This document shows, piece after piece, positions 13,229 through 26,164 of a stretch of 64,000 nt of DNA. Under the pieces are notes generated by a model. It did no database searches. It had not been told where the DNA came from and saw only the letters and a list, made by a program, of their open reading frames with translations. A program made the position numbers and the translations under genes. The DNA is from Callorhinchus milii (Eukaryota): positions 46,130,001 through 46,194,000 of the forward strand of contig NW_024704742.1 in NCBI RefSeq assembly GCF_018977255.1. The letters run 5' to 3'. Every line of letters begins with the position of its first letter. Positions within the stretch are counted from its first letter, which is position 1.

Positions 13229-15773
13229 ATGAGTAGCCCTATCCCCTACTCCACTGGCTCATTTCCCTCTTTTGAACACCTTACGCTCTGCCATCCCTCA
13301 AACTTCTCAATAAAATATCTCCTAATTTACCCTCCTCACCCCAAATTCTCCCCCACCTTCATCTCTGACATTTCCACCCTTCTAGCTTCCCTCTGCCTCT
13401 GCTCCGACGGCCTCATCATCCTAGGCGACTTCAACCTCAATTTCACCCCCTCTTGCTCCACCTCCTCAGACTTCTCCTCTCTCCTCTCCTCTCTCAACCA
13501 TTTTCTCCACATCAACTCTGCTACCCATGTTCATGGCCACCCTCTTGACCTGGTGATCACCCGGGGCCTCAGCATCTCGGATGTCACCATCACCTGACCA
13601 TCATCTCATCTCCCTCAACTCCTATATCCCTCTCCCCACTGCCTCCAAACCTACCACCATCTCCTACACCCTGTGGAAGAAGATCTCCCCGCAATCCCTC
13701 TCCGCTGCACGGGAGTCCTCTGAACCCCTCCTCCTCTGGCCCACCTCCCGCACGAACCCATTCTCTGTGTTTACTCTCCTCCATAGCATCCTCTCCACCA
13801 CACTCGATACCCTTGCCCCCCTCACTTCCCAAACTGCCTCCTATTCCCAATCCTCACCCTGGTTCACCAGCCACCTCTGCTTGCTCAAGGGCCGAACGCA
13901 CTTGGTTCAAATCCGGCCTAACGGTCCACCGGCACATCTGGCTGGACTACATCAAAACCTACCGCTCTGCTCTTGCCTCAGCCAAATCGTCCTTCTATTC
14001 CAGGTTAATCCTAGTGGCAAAGGGCAACCCCAGGCTTCTATTCTCCGCCACCAACCGGCTCCTCCATCTTCCCCACCATGCCTCACAGATTCTTTCCTCC
14101 GATTCCCAATGCGAGGAAATGCTGGACTTCCTCGAGTCCAAAATCGAGGGAATCCGCTCAGCTACCATTTCCCTCCCAACTTCCACCCTCTCCCTACCTC
14201 CACCCCCACACTCCAACCAGTACCCATTGCTGTTTCCACACCTTTGAACCAGCCAACCCCTCTTCTATCATCACCACCATATGAAGCCCACCAGCTGCTC
14301 CCTGGACCCCATCCCCACCCCTCTCCTTAAATCCCAGCTCCACCTCCTTGCCCCACTACTCGCCGACATCATCAACCTTTCCTTGTCATTTGGCACTGTT
14401 CCTACCCCACTCAAAACAGCCACTATCACCCCCACCTTGAAGAAACCTTCCCTTGACCCAACACAGCTATCCACCTACCGGCCCATCTCCAACCTTCCTT
14501 TTCTGTCCAAGGTCCTTGAGAGAGTCGTAGCCTCCCAGCTTTGCTCTTTCCTCTCCCCCCACTTCCTCCTTGAACCCCTCCAATCGGGTTTCCGTGCTGC
14601 CCACAGCATAGAAACTGCTCTGGTCAAGGTCAAAAATGACATCCTGATGGCGTGTGACCAGGGCTTCCTCGTCCTCTTCGACCTCTCTGCCGCTTTTGGC
14701 ACTGTAGATCATTCAATCCTCCTCCACCATCTCTCCTCCCACCTCAACTTCCAAGATTCTGTCCTTGACTGGTTCAGGTCCTACCTTTCACACCGCCTCC
14801 ACTTCGTTTTAGCTAACAGCTTCTCCTCCAGCCCCCGCACTGTCTCGTGCGGTGTTCCTCAGGGCTCTGTACTCAGTCCCCTCCTCTTCACCCTCTACAT
14901 GCTCCCCCTTGGTGACATCATCCGCAGATATGGGGTGAATTTCTATTTGAATGCGCATGACACCCAACTCTATCTCTCTGCCTCCACCTTCAACTCCAGG
15001 ATAATTGGCATCCTGACTGACTGCCTGTCCGACATCAAGTCCTGGACGAGGGACAACTTTCTCCAGAGACCAAGGCCCTCCTAATTGGCTTGCACCAGTG
15101 CCTCCACAACTCAGTCGCTGGCAGCATCAGCATCCACAGATGCACACTCAACCTTACTAAGCCAGTCAGGAATCTGGGTGTCTTGTTTGACCTCCTTTCT
15201 TCACCACATCTGCGCCATGACCAGTACTGCCTACACCACCTCCGCAACATTGCCAGACTCCGCCACTGCCTCACCCCTCAGGCTGCCAAAAACCTCACCC
15301 AAGCATTTGTCACATCAAGGCTCGATTATGGAAATTCCGTCCTCATCAGCCTTCCCAACTCTTCCCTTCACAAGCTGCAGATCATCCAAAACTCTGCAGC
15401 TCGTGTACTCTCGCGCACCAGGCTCCGCGACCCCATCACTCCCACCCTCGCCCGACTCCACTGGCTCCCCATCCCTCAGAGGATTGAATTGAAACTCCTC
15501 ATCCTCACTTTCAAGGCCATCCATAGCCTTGCCCCCTCCCACCTCTCTGACCTGCTGATTCCCTACCAACCTGCCCGCTCCCTCCGTTCAGTGGGCTCCG
15601 GCCTGCTCAAAGGCGCCCGTCCGACCTGCCCTACCTTAGGTGGCCGAGCTTTCAGCCTCTCTTCCGCCACACTCTGGAACTCCATCCCACAGTCCCTTCA
15701 CCTCGCTTCCTCCCTTGCCTCCTTCAAGGCCGGTCTCAAGACCCTCCTCTTCGATAGTGCCTTTGGTCGCCTT
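13229..15773 (+). mobile_element. L2 LINE with frameshifted ORF2 (partial APE + RT + C-terminus), non-functional
   Basis: APE motifs ILGDFN and ATHVHGHPLDLVI. RT motifs YRPISNLPFLSKVLE, QSGFR, DLSAAF and GVPQGSVL. Catalytic YADD is degraded to NAHD. ORF2 is spread over several frames. Confidence 0.95.
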
Positions 15774-16214
15774 CACAGACACTTCACAGCAATCCCCTGT
15801 GGAACCGTTTGGGATATTTTAATATGATTTGCTACATGAAATGCAAGGATTATTTAGTATTATCATTATACAGAAGAAGATGTATCACTTTGGGTGTGGC
15901 ACTGGAGAGGACTGGCATTGCTCATCTTTATCTGCTTAATTATGTGCCTAAGGTATGATGTAGTGCTATTTCCGGTATTGATGGAGAACAAGTAATTCAA
16001 ACCATCCAAATCTTCCAAAGAGAGAGAATTAATAGCGTAAAGATAAAAAATGATCTGGGAAAAGGGATATAGGTTTAAAAAGTCTTTCATTATCATGCCG
16101 ACAGGTTGTTGATATGTTGCTGCATTAGCACCGTAAGCACTCCCATTTCCTTCGATCAACACTGGCTGCAGCACGTGAAGAAGAAGCTTAAACAGGCAAA
16201 AATCATAATTTAAT

Positions 16215-16460
16215 TACAATACAATTTACATTTATTATAGTGCTTTACTTGTCAGGAATATGCCCTCAAAGAACTTTAAACAGCTGGCCGGGCACCTTAG
16301 ATGGCACCTTAAGAGGGCGGGCGAAAATTAAAAGAGGTAAGTCTTGAAGTGGGATTTAAAAGTGGATCAGGAGGGGGAGAGATGTAGAGATTCCAGGATG
16401 GAATTACAGAGAGTGGGGATAGAATAGAATGGCTGAAAGCTCCCCACGGATGGGGAGGGG
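16215..16460 (-). mobile_element. Degenerate L2 3' fragment
   Basis: Tail atttacattt...atagtgcttt and the rc of tctctgtaattccatcc (LWNS-like). Confidence 0.6.
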
Positions 16461-16461
16461 G

Positions 16462-16815
16462 ATAATAATAACCCTTTTATTTAATATAGCAACTTATCAC
16501 ATCATTGAGACATCTCAAAGCACTTCACAGAATAATTATAAAAATAATCCTTGCATTTGATATTGCGCCTTATCACATCTTCTAGACGTCTCAAAGCGCT
16601 TCACAGAATATATTGTAAAGTGAATTGATTATGTTGTGTGGGTAAAATGAAGCAGCCAATTGCACACAGCTGTGTCCCACAAACAGTCGCGAATTAATTG
16701 AACAAATTATTTTTTTTCTTGCAAAGTGGATTGACTATGCATTTTATGGGTGAAACACGGCAGCTAATGCACACAGCAGCGTCCCACAAACAGTTGTGGA
16801 TTGAAGTGACCAATT
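16462..16815 (-). mobile_element. Nested SINE 3' halves (younger copy about 16534-16710 inside an older copy)
   Basis: Two tails and two cores (gcagccaattgcacacagc...tcccacaaacag). The outer copy resumes at tgcaaagtggattgact, about 16720. Confidence 0.8.
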
Positions 16816-19279
16816 TTGTTTTTATATCAGGGCAATGAAGGAGAGGGAGGATAAGAGAGCAGTAGAGAGTAAGAGTGGGTCCCCGGGGTGGGGTACGATA
16901 GGGTCACAGGCGGCAAGAGAGGATCACAGGATATAGTACCGGACGCTATATAAATTTAAGTTGTTGTAACTGTGGCAGGTGCTTCAAAACACATTTCAAT
17001 ATGGCATGAAAAAACACAACACTTCATAACAGTTTCAATCTGATAATTATCATATCAGATTTATTCAGGAAAGTTGGAGTTTTAATCAATAATTATTGAC
17101 TAATTCCATATCTGAACTTGCCCTCCCCCTCCTTCCCCTCACCATACTGAGGTACAATGGTTTGGTCTTTCAAAAGGTTTGAATCGCCATCTTCAGTAAT
17201 TACTACAATACAGTTTACATCTATATAGTGACTTTCACGTTGGAAGAATGTCCCAGAGCACTTCAAACTCAATGATTGGGACTAACAATATTATAACAAT
17301 AATTAATATTGACTCCAGACCCAGCGATTCAGTGTCATTTCACAAGTTACTGGTTGAGTTACAACAAGAACCTATTTTTATTTATTACAAATACAGTGAA
17401 ACTCACAAAAGTCTTATTTTTATAAATCTGATAAATGGCTAAGTCGTACATGCACCCAGGTCCCATTCAGTTTCCTATGAAAATCTTTTAGATTTCTTTG
17501 CATGAGTCACATTACTCATCTCCTAACTTGTAACACCGCTCCCTTACGCTCCATTACTTCCGCACTTACCAGCTGCATTGAATCCCGGGAAAGGACATAC
17601 TGATCTACAATGATTGCTCACTTACATCGGAAACATAGTCTTGAACTGTCGACTCGTGCAGAAGAACTTAATTTCCTGAGATTCAATGCGATTCCAATGC
17701 TTGCCAGTAAGAGTGCGGTGAAGGGTCAAGAAGAATTCAATTGTGGGAAATGTAGGCTTGACCCGTCACTGCATGCGCACTTACCTTCTACATTGAATTA
17801 CGCATCTGCAGTACAGATTATTGATGAAATCAGATTTTATAGGATTTATACAATTTGCCTGCAACTCAGACTTTGCATAAATCATATTAAACATTATGGT
17901 CCTGATTGATATCACTTATGTGAGCCTTACTGTACTCCTATTCCTTGAGCTACTCACTTCTAATTCTACATAAATATTTTTTGTCTTATTTTGGCTTACT
18001 TGGCTCTTTTCTAAATTTCTGATTGACTAAAATACCTCAGCAAAGACAATGAAAATCAGTCCCAGTATTGACCAATTATGTTACATCCAATGTAACATCA
18101 GTGAGCTCTACACAAAGAAAACTGTTTCTATTTGAGCGAATACCGTGTTGCTGTCTGGCCATTAAAGAACAAATACATGTTCAAGAATCAATTGCAAAGT
18201 TTAATTTAACCAATTACAAGAATTATAAGCAATTATACCTCAACAGGTCTCCAACTATTTTAATGGTTGAATGAGAAAAAGTGGTGGAAAATACCCTAGG
18301 GTAAGAGAGTTAAGTAGAGTTTCTTTGAGTTCAACAGGGACCTAACTGTAAATGCCAAATATGTCTGCAAAAATCCTTGGTGGTGATGGCAAATCCTCAA
18401 CACTGAAAACCATAGTTTTCATGGCTACTGTGAACCTAGCTGAGTGGTTACCATATATTAGATTGCGTCATTTCAGGCATCGTTTAATGTTGTCATACAT
18501 CATGTTTAATGTTGTCTTATAATATTAACTGTCTTATTTCACATCATTCATCAAATCGTATGTCACATCTTCTGTCACAGTAGACATAACATGCGTGATT
18601 TGATGAATGATAGGAACTGCTGTAATGAGTATGTCTTAATTTCTTGCATATGGAATTTTGTTGGGCAAATAATATATGAATTTATATGTATATTCATTGT
18701 TTAATTTTGCCTGAAACACAACAATAATCTCAGTGTTGTACCCAGTTGGACATTCTCCTTTTATGTTACAGTTACATAACTCTGCTTGAATATTATCCAT
18801 CAATATTATCTTCCTTTACCCTGATACTCAATCATCCTTCTGTTACTGTCAGAACTGAAATGAACCACTAGCAACCAACATAATACTCAATTTATTTTTC
18901 CCACCGCTCGTTTCATGTTTCCATAATGTTAATAAAAGTTCTTTGATTAAAATATTCTAGGGCATATATTTTTATCTCAATTAGTTCTGCAAGAACAAAA
19001 AACTGCTCTGTTTAGTAGCTTTCAATAAAATATTATGATTAAGTGCTTAGAAGTTTAAAATGTGTTTTAAGATTCTGTTCAAGCAACAATTCATTTGCTA
19101 TGCAGAATACACTGATAATAGAATAGATAATAGAACGTAAAAAAAAATTCAGAGTGAAGAATCCACAGAGAACGAATGCTTGTTGACCTTATATTCATAA
19201 AAAGTATTTCTTTCAAACTATTGATGGCAATCTGCACTACAACCCATTATTCACATTGAAACTTCTGCAGTTCACAAAA

Positions 19280-19715
19280 GTGTCAGCCTGGCTCAGTTGA
19301 TAGCACTCCTGACTCTGAGTCAGAAGGTTGTGGGTTCAAGCCTCATGTCAGTACTTGGAACCTGTACAATCTATGCTGTCACTCCACTGCAGTGCTGGGG
19401 ATGTGCTGTATTGCCATTCTTTGAATGAGACATCAACCTAGGTTCCATCTCCCTGTCCAGGTGGACATTAAAGACTCCACGACCCTATTCAAACAGAGAA
19501 TGGAGTTTATCCCGGTGCCCCAACCAACAATACTCCAAATAAAATTGATCATTTTCTTCATGGTTGTTTGTGGGACATTGCTTTGTGCAACCTGGCTGCC
19601 ACTTTGGTCCACAAAACACAGTCACATTACTTTACAGTACATCTTGGGAAGCACTTTCAGCGGTCTCTACAATGTGACAGGATGCTCTCTCAAATACAAG
19701 ATTTATTTTTATTAT
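19280..19715 (+). mobile_element. SINE family B, full length (tRNA head + Deu-like core + L2-type tail)
   Basis: A box tggctcagttga, B-box-like ggttcaagcc, core tgtgggacattgctttgtgcaa..tggctgcc, then tail. Organisation resembles the DeuSINE superfamily. Confidence 0.85.
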
Positions 19716-20897
19716 TAAAAACACAGAATGTTAGAAAGAAAACAAAAAGCACAAGGGACAATGGGACAAAAGAAAACAAGGCAAACTATGGGTCAAAAAG
19801 TACCAGACTGTTTGGCAATGAGATTTTTCCAGAGAGGGCTTTGCAGAGTAACTGAGAAGCGAGCAGAGCTCGGCTGGTGCAAACAGATCCAATCCCTGCT
19901 CTCTTCATACTGGGGCCACAACAAGCAGATCTTTAGCCCCCACTGGGCCATGGAGAAACAAATGAAGAACTAGCTGCATGGAAGGCACAGGGCTGTTGCA
20001 GAGAAGATGCTACAGCTCTTTGTGATGACTGAGAGAATATGGCAGTTACGAGTTGAGAATAGTGGGACAGTCAGTGAGAGCAGGCTGTAAGAACGGTTAG
20101 ACAGTCTGTTGTACCCAGATGCCTGCACGCTTCTGATCCCTGAGATAGAGTCTTCTATGCTTCTGTTAGAGCAGCTGGAGATTGCCGAGGTTTTCACCTT
20201 TCTTAATCACCTTTGTTAACTTTGTAAACCAAGTCTGTCTGGGTGTGTTCAGTATGTGTCTGGATCTGGTGGGTAGCAGTAGCCGACGGTTACAGAATAT
20301 ATAGCTAATTCACTGTTCTACTGAGAAAATAGAGGTGGTTTAATCAACTTTCATCTCTAAATCCTCACATTATTATTTTTTTCCATAAAGCCTACCTTCC
20401 TTAAAACTGCATTACCTTCATCACATTAAAGTTATTATTATTGTGACGATTCCTTGCAAATCTGTGTTTACTTGGGAAAACCCTTTGTATTAATTGTTGC
20501 TACCTTGGCTCAAGGTTTGAATACTTGACTGAGAATCACTATGTTTCTGTGCTGAAAGTAAGACTGCCACAAATCTCTGCATTGTGATAAATGTTTAACC
20601 TGTCAATCGTTTGCCTAACACAACTTTAAATCATTACACAATTGCACTTCAGTCGCATCAGTGTTGAAAACACTAATTTTAAAAGGGAATAAATTTACTC
20701 TTGGAACAGTGCTTGTATTAATAAAGGAAAGGTAATGTTTGATTGACAGATAATTTGATTATTTATGAGACACAGATTTGTGGTTTACAGTTTTATCATT
20801 CGATCACCAAATGAGAAGCGTTCAGGAAAGGTAATTCCTACTCAGAGTAGCCTTAAGTGATATTGCCATTGTGATTTATTTAGTTTCTGTCCGTATG

Positions 20898-21065
20898 ACA
20901 ACAACAACAACAAAATTACATTTGTCTAGCGCCTTTCACATTGGGAGGATGTCCCAAGGTGCTGGACAGACAGAGTTATGGACCCAAGCTGGGGGTCAAG
21001 TTGGGGGAGGGTGGAGGGTGGGGAGGAAGCAGGGAGATCGAAAGCACGGTCAAAGAAGAGGGTCT
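20898..21065 (-). mobile_element. L2 3' fragment
   Basis: (CAA)n, tail stem-loop and KTLFFDRAFD. Closely similar to 41210-41380. Confidence 0.85.
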
Positions 21066-21294
21066 TATAGGACAGTAGTAATCTGCAGTGTAGAACATGT
21101 ATAACATTATCTATGAGAACAGACAGGACTTGGAAAAGGGACAAGATATTCAACATAGACCCCCCAGGCAATGAAACAAAGCTATTGAATAATTTATTTT
21201 TGTTTGTTATTACGTTTACTTTGCATTCAGTTTCTAGTTACCATCTAGTTACCACTCTGATCCTCCTCTATCCAAGCATTAATTAACAGAGATC

Positions 21295-21430
21295 AAAGAG
21301 AAAAGGGAATAGAAGGAGTATAGAAGATGGGAATCAGGGGGATAGGGTTTTGTGTGGAGTATAAATATCAGAGTATAAACACATAGTAGTTGAAACGAAT
21401 GGCTTGTTCCCATGCCATATTATTTTATGT
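21295..21430 (+). mobile_element. CR1 3' UTR fragment
   Basis: gagaaaagggaatagaagga...gtgtggagtataaat...gaatggcttgtt is shared with 35750-35895 and 36455-36585. Confidence 0.6.
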
Positions 21431-21699
21431 CATTCAAAAGGCCACTGTAAATCCAAAATACTAAAAGTTGTCAATAACCTTGAAGGTTGAGCCATTTAAT
21501 GAAGTATTGTGTGTACTGGGAAGTTGAAGAGACTGTGGGTATACTGGAAGTGGAAATCTGAGTGCTCAGGTAACTTGCTAGTGCAAGTATACTTTCAAGA
21601 TGCTAGCTTGTTGGTTCTGTGCGTATTCCTCAGCAGCTAAATGCTGCAAAGTACCAGAGGATCCGTAAGGTTATGGGCACCTCACTTCGCTATGGCCTT

Positions 21700-23230
21700 G
21701 CATAATGTTTTTTTCTGAATGTTGATTGCTCCTCATGAGAGATGGCAATATGTCAAGTCTGAAATTTCACAGGCAAAACAAAACCCTTTGACAGCTGTAC
21801 TCTCTGCCGACTTTCGAAGGTTCGACAATTACTTGGCATCAGCATGGGGCTCAGAGTGACACGGCAATCGATCATATGGTTATGAACAGCTTTGCATATC
21901 TTATGCTTTCCAATTGCATTGTTTGGCACCTCTGGAAATCAACAGATCATTGGATGGTTATCCTCTGTGACAAGAGGGCAGCCATCAAGGTCTTGGGCAA
22001 AATGCTAATCTGTGAGGAGGCATGACTGTCAGATAAGAGTGGCTAATGTCCCTTGTGCTATGAGTGATTGTGCCAAGGTACTCAGCCACACAAAGGATAT
22101 TGTTGGCCAGGAAGCCTGGGCTGGAGTTGTTCAAAGGCTGACAACATGGATTCGCCTACTGATGCTGCAAACATTGGTTTTCTTGATGACATAAGCCAAC
22201 CACAATCATTAATCCATAAAACAGGATCCTGTCAAGGTAACTACAAAAAGGAAGGAGAGCTTTAATACAAATAATATTCCTTGCATTTGTTATAGCACCT
22301 TATGCCGTTGTTGAGACGCCTCAAAGTGTTTCACAGAATATATTGTAAAGTGGATTGACTGTATCTTTTGTGGGTGAAAATCAGCAGCCAGTTGCACACA
22401 ACAGTGTCCCACAAACAGTTGCGGATTGAGCGACCAATTTTTTGGGGGGATCTGATTATTACCCCTGGAAAGCAATCTGTCAAACGACAAACAATCAGGT
22501 TCCAACTTTTTGCCACATAAGCAGAGTCATGTGGAGTAAGGAAAGTTTCCTAAGGGTTCGCCCTACCCGGGAATCAAATCTGGGTCCTCTTGCTTACGAG
22601 GTGAGTGCACTAACCACTATGTTACAGGACTGCACAATAGTAGAGGGCCTTAAAGTTGGTGTTGAGTAAACCTGGTACGTGGCACCGGACTTGTTCCTCT
22701 AGAATATCAAGATGGCTGATATGTCACAAGTTGTTCTGTGAAGGTCTTCCCAAATATGAATACAAATGTCCACCAAATATCTGATGAGGAAACTCTGAGG
22801 CTTGGGATGAAAGCTGCTGGAAGACATTACCTGGAATCTGTGAACACATTCTTATATATCCAGGGCTAGGTATCTGCTGTGATTGATATACAGAGAGTTA
22901 TATAGCTACTGCTGAACTCCCCATTTGCAACTGAAGGAATCACCACTCAGTTGGTACAAATATGTATTCAAGCTGTGGGCATTGATGCACATTCTGAGTT
23001 CCCCTATCTATGGCTTTTAACAACCTGTCAGGATTATACCTCCTCTTGGACAAAAGTATAAATACCATTCCTGGATAAGGGAAATGTTCACGTGTAGGTG
23101 ATATACAGATGTAGAAATTTGGCTGGCTTTGATATTCTTAAGCATGGTGATGGATCTTCACATTCTCAGATCAAATAAAATCTCCTGACAGGTTCTGTGA
23201 AATCAAAGTGCTTGGCTTGCTCACTTGTTC
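21700..23230 (+). mobile_element. Highly decayed RTE-like non-LTR RT relic, interrupted by a SINE
   Basis: Ordered remnants GFLDDI (about 22176), GLKVGVE*T (about 22647), LESVNTFLYI (22831) and ILSSPIYG (about 22990) parallel RT motifs xADD, GLxxNxxKT, VxxFxYLG and LLYG. Boundaries uncertain. Confidence 0.5.
22268..22635 (-). mobile_element. SINE family A, full length
   Basis: rc head gtcctgtaacatagtggttagtgcactcacctcgtaagc, core tgtgggacactgttgtgtgc, tail aaatgcaagga. Confidence 0.88.
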
Positions 23231-23247
23231 TCTTAGGTTCAACATTA

Positions 23248-23600
23248 TAATAATAATAATCCTTGCATTTGATATAAAACCTTATCATGTCTTCAAGACG
23301 TCTCAAAGTGCTTCACAGAATATACTGTAAAGTGAATCGACTGTATATTTTGTGGCAAAACGCGGCATATCCAATTGCACACAGCAGCATCCCAAAAACA
23401 GTCATGGATTGAGTGACCAAATTATTATTTGTCTTTATTTTTTTGAAGGGATTATTATCCCTGGAAAAGCAATCTGCCAATTGACTAATAACCGGGTTCC
23501 AATTTACTGCTCGGTAAACAGAGGTGTGTGGAGTAAGGAAACCTGGCCGATATTTTGCCCTGTCCGGGAATTGAACCCAGGTCCTCTCGCTTGCGAGGTG
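23248..23600 (-). mobile_element. SINE family A (5' end clipped)
   Basis: B box rc ggttcaattcc, core and (TAT)n tail. Confidence 0.88.
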
Positions 23601-24636
23601 AATAGGATTCCACAGCCCTCCCAGTGGTTTGAAGGGTAACAACCAGCAGTTTGTGACTTAAAGTCTCTGTCCTATCATCAATCTGACTATACACTAAGGA
23701 CCTAGAAATTATTCAGTCAATATGGCAATTGCTACTTTTTTGCCATTTCTAGAATTATGACTGATACAACCACCATTTTAGTATTTTGACAATGACAGCT
23801 GCTATTTTCTGACTGGACGTTCCCAAATGGCCCTGTTCATTTTTCTTCTTGCTGATAGATAAAGAATAATATTTATCCTGTGGAAGATTTAGGGCATTTT
23901 TGGAGCAATTTCTTTTATTGACTATTTGCTTCTGTGTTCAATGTAATAATATAAAATTCTTCATTCCTGAACGCAAGCATTTCTTCTTTTACTTGAAGTA
24001 CTGCAGTAATTCATGCAAGTATTTAAATATGGTAACAACAATTTGTATAGACATTTGCACGCCCACAATCTATTTCAATAAACTGTAATAGGACACAAGC
24101 CATCTTATGTTCATTTATTTTTATTTGTGGTCAACCAATTATCTGATGCATGTGGAAATCCATCACCGTGCTTCAAAATATCCAAAGTAGATTAAGAGTT
24201 ACACATATGCATGCAACCGATACAACAACATTTTCCTGTGTCTGAAATGGAATGTGCACCCTCTCCCTAGGAGAACACATTCTGCTTAATAATTCCAGAA
24301 TATATTTGGCACAGGTTGGTGAGAATCAAAGCTTGGGGACCTCAGAGTGTGTGTTGGGCTCTGTGTGTCTAGGGTACTGCGAGAGTTTAACCTGCTAAAA
24401 CTGCAGGGCAACTGTCTGGCAAGCTTCCAGCTAATTATCCAGCTAGGACCACCCTAACCGTCAGGACATTGGTTTGCAGGCTTAACAGGAGCTGAGTGGG
24501 AAGATTCCATTTTCACAGAGTCTGGTCCTTCCGGACTGTGACTGCTCATCCAGCCAACAAACCAGCCGACTGGCCTGCGCTCAACAATGCCCTGGAGTGC
24601 TGCAAATTTGCTACACTGGGTTCCTGAGCTTGGCAA

Positions 24637-25070
24637 GTGTTAGCCCAGCTCATTTTTCGCCTCTGAATCAGAAAGTTGTGGGTTCACACTAGGCCTTTGA
24701 GATCACAGCGCAGGCTGATGCTCTAATGCTCGAGTGCAGTGCTAAGGGTTGGGTGGGGGTGGGGGTGGTTGGTGGTGATGCATCATCAGAGATGTTGTTC
24801 ATTGAATGAAACTTTAAACTGAGTCACTGTCTTCCAGTTCAAGTGAACATTAAAGATTTCATAGCACCATGAAAAAAAAGGTGTTTCTCCAGATGTCTTG
24901 GCCAACAATCCCCCAGATAAATTGTTCATTCACTTCATGACTGTAAATGGAACATTGCTGTATGCAAAATGGCTGCCATGTTCACAAACAAATAAATATT
25001 TATTACACTTCATAGTAAAATCTTGTGAAGGGCCTTGAGAAATCTTGACACAATCAAATGCAAGGATTGT
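24637..25070 (+). mobile_element. SINE family B, decayed
   Basis: cctctgaatcagaaagttgtgggttca head, aaaatggctgccatgtt core, aaatgcaaggatt tail. Confidence 0.75.
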
Positions 25071-26164
25071 GACTAGAGACTGCTGAAGAGAATAGACTTA
25101 ATTCCAACATTCTGTTGCCCAGAACATCACCATGGAGCCAGTTCAGCCCCAAGGAGACCCCACTTACCACCTCCATTCCCCAAAGTGGGGAAGTCATTTC
25201 AGCTTTTTGGGATTTCTTCCAGTTCATCACTTCTGGAAATGCTTATGTCAGTTTCCTTTTTGCAGTGAATAGGCATTAAAGTCTGTGCGACTGAAGGAAA
25301 TTAGCAATAGGGCTGACTTTATCGTTGCGACAGCCCAAAATTGGCTTTACGCCATGTATTGAGATGCAAAATCAATTGTGTGCAGCTGTACAATTAAGAA
25401 GGATTACATCCTCAGAGGGCACTGTACTAGATTGCAAAACGTGTATCCTGAATGGAGTAAGTAATAAATTAGTGTCTCAAGTGGTCTTATGTTGTGTACT
25501 TCCTTTATTCAAGCACAAATATTTCCCTGGCAGCCTTGTCATAGTCCGGATCTGTTAAGATCTACTATGCATCTCCCAAAGATCAAAGTTATGTTATCTT
25601 TGAAAACTGTGAGTGAAATTGTCAGGTTCTGCAATGCTGTTCAATGTTATTACTTACAGTATTGCTTAGAAATGCTCAGAGCAAGAAACAGCAAAAGGAA
25701 TATTAAGCCTCAATCCATAAACTCTGATTGAAGGCTTTGCATGTCTCTTGAGTCATGTTTAGAAAACCTCCTTTAAATGCTGATCATAAATAAAATAGTC
25801 AAGTAATGATTCAACTAGCATGAAAATTTTAAAATGTATTGTATATAAAAAGTTCAAGCTAGTGCAGTGTACCAATGAATAATAAAGGGTGATTCTCCAA
25901 TTACCGGTATGTTTACTGAGCTCGGTGGGTCAGGGCAATAGATCGCACCTGGTTGGTAAATTGATCAACCAGTGGGGAATAAGATGGTCAGTAAATCTTT
26001 GAACACATCCACATTCACCCCATGTTCTGATTCACATTTTTAAAGTACACTCAGTAACACCTTGAATTCTACATGCTACAGTGTCCAGCAGAGCAAGGTT
26101 TAATCCTTGCTTTAAATGAAAGAAAGAAGAAATAACTTATGTTTTTTGCAGTATTGTATCATGC

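Noticed and set aside
14281..15827. 267-aa and 245-aa ORFs as a host gene or active RT
   Set aside because: They are frameshifted L2 ORF2 pieces, and YADD is degraded to NAHD.
15866..16174. 102-aa minus-strand ORF
   Set aside because: It has a non-ATG start, no recognisable homology and no splice support.
19729..20294. Solo LTR (TG...CA bounded segment)
   Set aside because: There is no target-site duplication, no clear polyA signal and no second copy.
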